Below are positions 13,723 through 64,000 of a stretch of DNA of 64,000 nucleotides, one piece after another. Origin of the DNA: Octopus vulgaris (lineage: Eukaryota); contig OX597832.1 of assembly GCA_951406725.2 (NCBI GenBank), positions 17,112,001-17,176,000 on the forward strand, read 5' to 3'. Under the pieces are notes generated by a model. That model saw only the letters and a program-made list of their open reading frames with translations. It was not told the origin of the DNA and did no database searches. The number at the start of each line of letters is the position of its first letter. The stretch's first letter is position 1. A program made the position numbers and the translations under genes.

Positions 13723-14023
13723 CATATGCATATATAAGACAAGCTTCTTTCGGTTTCCGCCTACCAAATTCACTCACGAGGCTATAGTAGAAGACACTTG
13801 CACAAGGTGCCACGCAGTGGGACTGAACCCGGAACTATGTGGTTTGTAAGCAAGCTACTTACCACACAGCCACTCGAAAATAAAGTCAAAGGCTGGCCGC
13901 GTGATTCGAACTCACATCTTCTGTAAACATGACACAGGTTCTACCATTGAAAAAACATACAGAGGATACTCCGTTTTATTTTCATTCTCTTGTAGTTACA
14001 ATTTTTGAATGCTTAGTGAAGGT

Positions 14024-14726
14024 CAGTTGTTCTAAACCTGGTCCAGGTTCAAATGGCCCATCGAGTTTCATATAAGGTCTTGTTAAATTTCATGAGCAAT
14101 AAATTAGTTATACGAGGGTGAGTCAAAAACTAATACCATTTTGTTTAGGACAGGCATAATTACCAACCCAGAAACATGTATCATACATCAAAATGAAGCT
14201 GGTCCTCTGTGGATCACATCCCTACTTCTTCACTACAGTTTTCACTTCCTTGTCACTGGACTAATCTTTTCTTCTCAAATCCTTATTCATGGGGCCGAAA
14301 AGATGATTGTCCAGTGACGATGATTGTCCAGTGACGAGTAAGTGGCTCAAAGTACAGTCAACAGAATTTTAGGGGGCAGAGATACAAGCTCTGACTCGAA
14401 GGTGGAACATTGCTATTTAGAGAAGCGGTGACTATGTTGAGAAGTAACGATGTGATCCACCGAGGCCCAGCTTTATTTTGATGTATGATACATGTTCCTG
14501 TATTGGTAATTATATATGTCCTAAACAAAATGGCATTACTTTATGACTCACCCTCGTACTTCAACAATACACAAAACATTTTAACAATGATTGATACAAT
14601 TTCTAATAATATTTAATAATAAAAATATAATAGGACATTTTTAACATTGAATGGCTTTAGGGAGATGCAGTTGAATAAATTAGGAATAAAAAGTTTCATA
14701 TGTAAAAAAATGGTTGAAGACCACTG
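14024..14726. mobile_element. hAT-type MITE interrupted by the mariner MITE
   Basis: Ends CAGTTGTTCTAAACC and GGTTGAAGACCACTG are imperfect inverted repeats of CAGTGGTTCTCAACC type; no clean 8-bp TSD. Confidence 0.5.
14113..14556. mobile_element. Mariner-derived MITE with ~130-bp terminal inverted repeats and TA target duplication
   Basis: TA|CGAGGGTGAGTCA...TGACTCACCCTCG|TA; arms stay complementary for about 130 bp; SGDYVEK stop remnant inside. Confidence 0.85.
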
Positions 14727-14789
14727 GTTTAAGGGAAAGGGCGGGGATCGTGATTATTTTAGGTCTATTGCGATCAGCGTGGGCGATGA

Positions 14790-15055
14790 CGTTAATAATC
14801 TGTTTAGAATGTCGTAGATCAACACTTGTATGTCAAGGCAAGGAAGCTTCCAGATAGTCGATGTTCTCGGCAGGAAGGCCTGGACATACCGGTTATTCAA
14901 GACAGAGTATTCACTGCAACAACAATGTGGTGATGTGGAGAGACAAGTGGGTCAGAGTTGGGTCTGACAGCAGGAGGTACGAGACTGGCCAGCTATAAAG
15001 AATAGAGGTCGCTGTAGTATGCTGAGAGAAGACAAACAGAAGCGATAGTATATCT
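14790..15055 (-). pseudogene. Decayed LINE RT C-terminus (CR1/Jockey-group-like)
   Basis: Fragments YY...LASLVPP and FLPRTSTIWKLP, with stops and frameshifts. Confidence 0.5.
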
Positions 15056-15479
15056 GTAGTTGGAGACAGAAACTTGGGTTTATCTCTTTATGATTTAGTA
15101 CCAATTGAAAAATTTTGATTAACCGAACCTCCATCCAATTGATAGCTTTTGATTGTCAATATCCTAAAAGTACCATAATCTTTTTAAATTAAGGTATTCA
15201 ACTGCAACGTCGCGTGCCACAATAAATGAAACAAAAAGTTTCCCAAAATAACCAGCAACATTGAAAGATAATAAAACTGCTCCTTTTGAAGTACAAATGA
15301 CACTATTTCACTAAAGGATGAAGTCAACTTAGATGTTATTGTTATACTGAATATAAAATTTGAATAGTTAATATAGCTTAGTATTTTCAGCTAGAAGTCA
15401 CATTTTATGCAAAAGGAATTAACTTGTTCATGGCAAAATGCAAGGTTACAACCTGCAGTGGCAGAGATATCCTGATTCG

Positions 15480-16150
15480 TACCACATTTTCAGAAAACCT
15501 TTGTTCTTAATGAGCGCAAAAATCGTTTGTAAAATCAACAGGATACGAGTATCGACGGATACTCTTTCGAAACGTAGTCTCTTAGATACCGCTTTATTAT
15601 TTTGACAAATTTTGCCTCGTACAAAATGAATTGAATCGATCGTTGTGGGTATCTTCTACAGTTCATCCAGTTCTTCAAAACATCTCTTAAAATTTTACAG
15701 CTATATTGTGTGTAATGTTTATCAATTTCATGTGACGGAATTTAGCCAACGGTGCATTTGATTTAGATTCTTCAAAGAATATGATCGGTACCGCATAACG
15801 TTTTACTATTGTCTGCAAAGCAAAGTGTCTTGATAACCTTTTAACTTCAGTAAGTGATCTGAGCGCTACAGCTTGATTTTCAGAAGCCTCCGCAAAGTCT
15901 TCAAGTATAGAAATTTTATGTGTAAATCGAGAAAACGCTATAGATTCTTCTCATGAAAGTATCAATTTCGCTTGTCAACTTCTCTTCTATCCCTGCATCA
16001 CAGATCTTGAGATTTTCTTCGTGAGCTGTATGGTTGTTGCTAAACTACGTATTGCTATGGTACAACTAACTCTCCCCAAGAATCCCGATGCTCCATCAGG
16101 CGAAAAATCTAATTCTAAGTCTTTTTATGATTTCCTTTTCTTCATGAACC
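15480..16150 (-). pseudogene. Decayed hAT transposase fragment
   Basis: PDGASGFLG, HTAHEENL and LRSLTEVKRLSRHFALQTIVKRY follow the order of hAT motifs DGASxMxG, HCxAHxLNL and TRWxSR. Confidence 0.55.
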
Positions 16151-18842
16151 TTTTGATGCTTATATAACTGAAGAATCGTACGCCTGCAGCTGAACTACTC
16201 CTCAAAAATATATTTACAAAATGAAAACATTTTATAATCAGTTAAATCTTTAAATCTGTATTTCATGTAGATTGGATACTTTGTTGAAAGTTATGATTGT
16301 GTTTCCAACAATTATCAACTTGTGAAAAGTTACTGATGCTATCTCTCTTACAATGTCTTTCTCAAAAATAAAATTGATAGTTTATAGAAATTTAAACATA
16401 ATTTTTGCTTCTCCAGATGTCTTGGAGTTGAACATGCTTTACAATATTCATGTAGATGCACTGAACTGAAGTGACGATCTATTCATTTTGAAGGATAACA
16501 ACACGCTTTGATCTCTTTGAGGTTTGATCACTTTCGCTCTCGCTCATCCGCGCTCACTCGTAGCATGCGTAACACGCTGGATATTGAGTAATAGAGGGGT
16601 TTGTTGCATAAACTTTTGCATAGCATATACATAGACATTGAATGCAAAAAGTTATGCTCATAATATTTAGATGTGAATCTGAAATTCAGACAAAATATTT
16701 TGCTGAAAGTATGTCTATAGTTTCCAAATATCTTTCTTTCTACTTGCAAATATTTTCCAGCAATTTTCGTATCACGACAATACAAAAAAAAAAAAAGAAA
16801 AAGAAAAAAAACTCCAATTTCCAAATCACTCATAAATATTTCTCGCAGCTGAACTTTCATGACCTAACGAGCTTTCGATGTATTAGTTGTTACTATTTAG
16901 TTAAACTATTCAACTTTAAACAAACTAACAGTTTTTTTCTCTCTCTTTTTCTTTTACGCCCTTCGATTCTTTTGAATTTCACAGTGAATCGATATTTATT
17001 TTTTCAATAAAAACTCACTAAGCTATCTACAGAATTTGAATCAGATCTTAAACTTTATTATATGAATAGTGTCTGCTAAACATGGCTTCAGCTGCACTAA
17101 ACTTGAACAGAATATGTGAGATGACGTAGATTAATGATGTGCAAACGTGATATTTGACAAACCGACTGCTTAGTTAAGAAAAATAGATAAAAGATTGTCT
17201 TTTATTACATACAATTAATAACAGCAATATCATTTTTCGCAAAGAACATTTTGTGCTTACATAGATGTCTTTCGTGAGCTAATAGCAAAACCTTTGTGCG
17301 AGTACAAATGCACACAGCCTTCAGAAAATTGTAATTTTGACCATATGCTGTGGCGAGCAAGAATGACTTAGCCCAGTGGTTTTCGGCCGAGGTCAATATG
17401 CTCCTGAGGTCCACATAAGATTTTAGGGCCCGTGCAAGCAAAACTACAAACTGGAGGTTCAGAGTAGTATATTAAGGGCCGATGAAAAAAGGTTGCTTTA
17501 GATTAATGTTTTCCATAGTTCAAAATACACAAGTGAATGGGTGAAAACCAAAATTGGAATTTGAAATAAGTATCTATAAAACTTGAGGAGGCGCGTGGTT
17601 TAGAGGTTAGGGTGGTGATCGTAAGATTGTGGTTTCGATTCCTGGACCGGGCGACACGTTGTGTTCTTGAGCAAAACACTTCATTTCACGTTCCTCTAGT
17701 CCACTCAGCTGACAAAAATGAGTCATCCTACAACAGACTGTCGTCCCGTCCAGGTGGGGAATTTATTCGCCACTGAAAATGGGAAATTGGCCCTTATGAG
17801 TCGACATGACACGAGAAAGCGCTTTAACTTAACTTAATCTATAAAACTAGTTTTTTAAACATCGAATGGCAATGCGGTCCACCTAAGCAAAATAATAATC
17901 AAAGGGATCCATAAATTTTACAAAATGGTTAAGAACCACTGTTACTGTTGGTTTTTTTTTTCCTTCTCCAGCCATTCCTGGCTCATAAGAGCTGGTTTCC
18001 CGGTTTCATTGGCGCATAGGTTCCCCACATGGACGGGACACCGGTCCGTCGCAGGTGAGCCGCTAGATTCAGGAAGAGAGAGTGAAAGTTGTGGAGAAAG
18101 AATCAGTAGAAGTTCTCTCTCTCTCCTCCTCTCCCTTTCTCCGTCTCCCACATTTTCTCTCGCATTCCCTATCTCTGTATATTTCACCGGAGAAGGCGGT
18201 GAGCTGGCAGAAAAGTTAGTACACTGGGCGAAATGCTTTGCGGTATTTCGTCTGCCACTACGTTCTGGGTTCAAATTCTGCCGAGGTCGACTTTGCCTTT
18301 CATCCTTTCGGGGTCGATTAAATAAGTGCCAGTTACGAACTGGAGTCGAGGTAATCGACTTAATCCGTTTGTCTGTCCTTGTTTGTCCTCTTTGTGTTTA
18401 GTCCCTTGTGGGTAGTAAAGAAATAGGTATTTCGTAATAATAATAATGTTCTGAGTTCAAACTCCGCCGAGGTCGACTTTGCCTTCCATCCTTTCAGGGC
18501 CGGTTAAATAAGTACCAGTTACGCACTGGAGTCGATATAATCGACTTAATCCGTTTGTCTGTCCTTGTTTGTCTCCTCTCTGTGTAGCCCCTTGTGGGCA
18601 GTAAAGAATCATATATTTCACCGGAGAAGTGATCGATGCGTGTGTGTGTCTCTATGTGTATGTGTATGCGTGCGTGTCTGTTTCCCTCTAGTACTAAAAC
18701 CGACTGTCACCAAAACAGGTTCACTATATCCAATCAGTCCAGTCAAGTTCGCCAAGCGTTCAAACCTCACCGCAACTACTAACACATTGTATGATTTTCT
18801 ATTTATCTGTCTTTTTCCCTTTTATATAATTTTATCGATTAG

Positions 18843-60260
<41,418 letters not shown>

Positions 60261-60355
60261 AGAAATACACTACTTTATATTCTTCTTCTTTTTAAAAAAC
60301 AAAAAAAAAAAACAAAGGAATACATTTTTTAAAATAACATCAATAAGAAACCGAT

Positions 60356-60385
60356 ATTAAATAATTTCCTTATCGTTTTATTAAA
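60356..60385 (+). terminator. Candidate polyadenylation signals for SIAE
   Basis: ATTAAA at 60356-60361 and 60380-60385, followed by GT/T-rich sequence near 60410-60470. Confidence 0.4.
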
Positions 60386-60469
60386 ATATAATTTATTCTG
60401 CAAAAGTTATCGTTTTTGTTGCTATTGCTGTCAAACTTATTGTTGTTGTTGTTGTTGTTGTTTTTCTTT

Positions 60470-60723
60470 TTCTTCTTCTTCTTCTTCTTCTTCTTCTTCT
60501 TCTTCTTCTTCTTCTTCTTCTTCTTCTTCTTCTTCTTCTCCTTCTCCGTCTTCTTCTTCTTCTTCTTCTTCTTCTTCTTCTTCTTCTTCTTCTTCTTCTT
60601 CTTCTTCTTCTTCTCCATCTTCTTCTCCTTCTCCGTCTTCTTCTTCTTCTTCTTCTTCTTCTTCTTCTTCTTCTTCTTCTTCTTCTTCTTCTTCTTCTTC
60701 TTCTTCTTCTTCTTCTTCTTCTT
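60470..60723. repeat. Interrupted (TTC)n/(GAA)n microsatellite
   Basis: Direct reading; further GAA-rich tracts at 10025-10052 and 63263-63410. Confidence 0.95.
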
Positions 60724-61544
60724 GATCTTGTTTTTGTTGTTTAGATAGGGTCAGCCCTCATGAGCAAACCTCATGATCCAAGATATTGCACTGCCGCAAC
60801 CCCTGTTAGTTTTTTTCTTTTTCTGTTGTTTTTGCATTGTGTTATTGTATTTTTGCTGTATTTTGTGCTATAACGCCATCGCTGGTCAAAGCTCACCATG
60901 TATCTATATGCCTGGGCAAGAATTAAGAAAGCTGCTAGCTGATTACGCATGTAATTTTGCCCTCTTTCCGCCACCGATGTTTATCCAAGTGAGAGGCCAC
61001 CGACTTGGGCCGATACATCTTGGCGCTAGTCTCATTGCAATATTAGAGTCTGGAAGTAAGAAACCAGTTCAGATACCATAAAGCATCTTGCCCAACCTGC
61101 AAAAAGTTCCACGGTTTTCGGTTGCTACCATTTTATCGACCTTAAAATGATGTCAGAAAAAACAGGTCACGGCGGGACTTGAACTCGGAAACCAGTGAAT
61201 CAGTACAAATACCTCGAGGCATTATATCTAACGCCTTCACGCCAGCGTCAGTTTGTCACCATCTTTCTATTTTCATTTTTTTTTCCATGTCGAAAACTAT
61301 ACGTTGTATAGCAGGTTGTTATTTCAGGGAGTTTGGGCTTTTCTTTGTGGAAGATCCAGCGATTAAATCAAGGCTCTCGTTTCATTTTTTAGCGAGCTGT
61401 TTAAACCTCTGACTACTCTCACTTGCAATACATTCGCCTATTCCAACAGAAATATACATCCTGACTAAAGCTTATTATATTTCCTTTTTTGGATTTGGTT
61501 TGCAAGATTCTTTATATGAGTTCGTGTGTTGAAGCATAATCAGA

Positions 61545-61778
61545 TGTGTCTGGGGAGAGTCATTTTCTTTTTGTGCCTTATAATGTAACACACTCACCGG
61601 TAAAATTTCCACTCATTTCTTATTTTTATTTTCCTAAAAATTTCGTTGCGTCCTATTGAAAATGTTGCAAGACGCAAAGAAATTTTAAGGACAATAAAAA
61701 TAAGAAAAAAGTGGAAATTTTACCGGTGAGTGTGTTACACTATAAGGCACAAAAAGAAAATGACTCTCCCCAGACACA
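61545..61778. repeat. Near-perfect fold-back (about 108-bp arms, 18-nt spacer), probably a Penelope-type inversion
   Basis: 61545-61652 is the reverse complement of 61671-61778. Confidence 0.85.
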
Positions 61779-62079
61779 ACAGAACATACATCCTGATTTA
61801 ATCTTAAATACTCAGTTTATATGTTGGAAGCTTAATCACACTGGTCACTCAAAAAGTAGGTTTGTAAATGACATTTACACCTAATTACACTGACATATCG
61901 TGAACTAGGTTTTAAAGTAATTTGAAATTACAAATGCATTTACAAAAACGCATTTATACTATGAACGCTAATTATGCCGACCATTCATAGAATAGGCTTT
62001 AAAGTGACATAAAATCATGCTTCAACAGCAACGGCAAAGGCCAAACCTACAACTAAGAAAGTGAAAGGAAGAATTGTCA

Positions 62080-62477
62080 TCTCTCTATATATAAAGCTAA
62101 AGTTGTCTGTGTCTATGTGGCAGGTTTGGTAGCATTCAACTAACACTATCTCCTCCGAGACTCTGCGGCGCAAGTTGACCAAAATTAAGAGTATTATAGA
62201 AGAAGGCTTGCTCTTCCTTCCGTAGAAGAAAAATTCAAATCGGACAATGTTAACACGAAAAATTATTTACGTCAAAAAGGTGCATTTTTTTATTTGAAAA
62301 TCTCTATTTTTTTACGATTTTTTGACTTCTGTTTCGTCAATTTTTTGGTGTATTTCAACCAGAAAAATGTTTACTTAAAGCGAATAACAAGCTACATAAT
62401 GCAAAATTTTTACTTTACAAAATTTCCAATTCTAAAGGGTCGAAACAAACCCGAGCAACGCCGGGCGATACTGCTAG
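62080..62477 (+). mobile_element. Non-autonomous Helitron
   Basis: A|TC start, CCCG..CGGG hairpin at 62450-62465, CTAG|T end, no TSD. Confidence 0.75.
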
Positions 62478-64000
62478 TCTTTGATAAAGTAAGCTATACA
62501 GGTTTGCTCGTCACACCAACAAAAACGTACGATCTCTAACGCGCGTGGCACACACATACACATGCATTGACCACCACCACTGCACACACACACACACACA
62601 CGCTTCGCCGATGGATCAACAGCTGATGAGGAAGAGTTGGAGTTTGTAGCACGGCAAATTAAGATGACGGTCAAGAGGGAAATACAACAACGCACAGCAT
62701 AACCATCGTCCAGTTACAAGAATATATAACATCAAAACTACAGACCCCATCTTCAACCCCATAGCACAATCAACCACAGCAGCCAGTGGATGCGCAATAG
62801 CCCAGTGGTTAGGGCAGTGGACTTTGGTCGCAAGAACGCGGTTTCGATTCCCAGACCGAGCATTGTAAGTGTTTATTGAGCAAAAACACTAAAGCTCCAC
62901 GATGCTCCGGCGGGGGACGGTGGTGAACACCACTGTACTCTTTCACCACAACTTTCACTCACTCTTTCTTCCTACTTCTGCCACAAAGCAGAGCAGCCAT
63001 GTTGTGACCCACTATGGTGTGGTAAACTTTCAGACCCTAGTCTAGATTGAGAATCCTTTGTACCCCAAGATGGTTCAGCTCTCCATCCGTTAAAAGCCAT
63101 CTTTTATGGAATGAGGATAACAACGTAGCTTTCACGCCCGTGCAACCGCCTGTCTACCGCGTGTGGTGGGTGGATCTTCAAGTTGCCACACGCATTCTTA
63201 GTAGCTTAGAGTAGGCTCGAATTAGAGATTATTCTTTGTGGCTGATGGCGTGAGTCCTGATTGGAAGAAGAAGAAGAAGAAGAAGAAGAAGGCGGAGGAG
63301 GAGAAGAAAAAGAAGAAGGTGGAGGAGGAGGATAAGAAAAAGAAGAAGAAAAAGAAGAAGGCGGGGGAGGAGGAGGAGAAGGAGGAGGAGAAGAAGAAGA
63401 AGAAGAAGACCACAGCAGCCTCAGGGACGTCAACAGAACTTTGAGAACACTATCACAAGAAAGCAACGATGAACCATAGTTTAACCAACAATTTGAAATG
63501 ACATTGGCTTCAACAACACTGACGCACTCCTCAGCTTCGCCGTTCACTGAAAGGAGAACACAGCCAATGGATATTATATAAAATATCAAATAGATATAAA
63601 CGGAGTGGCGTGTCAACGAAAGCTTACCATCATGTTATATGAAAGACTTCTGTTGAGCACCACACCAGAAGCCTATAAATACTTCTGACTGATATCCCCA
63701 TGTGATTTGGTTTCTTTCAAATTGATAGTTTTCTGTATATTGTTGCAGGAGATGTTTGTGGGACTCCGACTTGTGTGACGATATTGAGAGACAATTGCGT
63801 AAATGCACGTTACCTGAAGTTGGCTTGGAATCGACGCCGCTTGCTTTAGGAATATAGGACACAAAATTTAGATATGCTGCATCTAAATTTATTGCACATT
63901 TACTCCTTAACAATTACGGAGCGTATACGGTGTTGGGTGAGCCCTGATAGAAAAATTTTCTATCGGTAGGAGTTAGGTCTCGAGGGATGTGGGTAGTAAA

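Noticed and set aside
17082-17114. Alternative first exon MASAALNLNRI with phase-1 GTGAGA donor
   Set aside because: Phase-compatible with a good start context, but no signal-peptide character and a mediocre donor; kept only as a fallback. The same applies to 12861-12906 (weak GTACTT donor).
62620-62700. CTGATGAG as a hammerhead (also near 7522)
   Set aside because: No stem II closed by GAAA and no stem I/III pairing.

Overview
AT-rich, microsatellite-dense animal DNA whose SINE repertoire looks like Octopus (inference). One host gene can be read: a multi-exon sialate O-acetylesterase (SIAE, SGNH family) on the + strand. It has 8 phase-consistent coding exons from 18843 to 60260 (about 472 codons). 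A candidate signal-peptide exon 1 at 2745-2828 is out of phase by one base at a poly-T run. Everything else is intronic or intergenic mobile DNA: a 5'-truncated R4/Dong-type LINE and fragments sitting in (TAA)n, RTE and other LINE ends, several tRNA-derived SINE families, mariner and hAT relics, and non-autonomous Helitron/Helentron elements. The most striking signal is a set of at least four unrelated non-coding elements carrying minimal type I hammerhead-ribozyme cores, two of them with clear Penelope-style inverted/direct terminal repeats. One combines a tRNA-like Pol III head with a hammerhead (11882-12130). Most ORFs in the supplied track are microsatellite artefacts.
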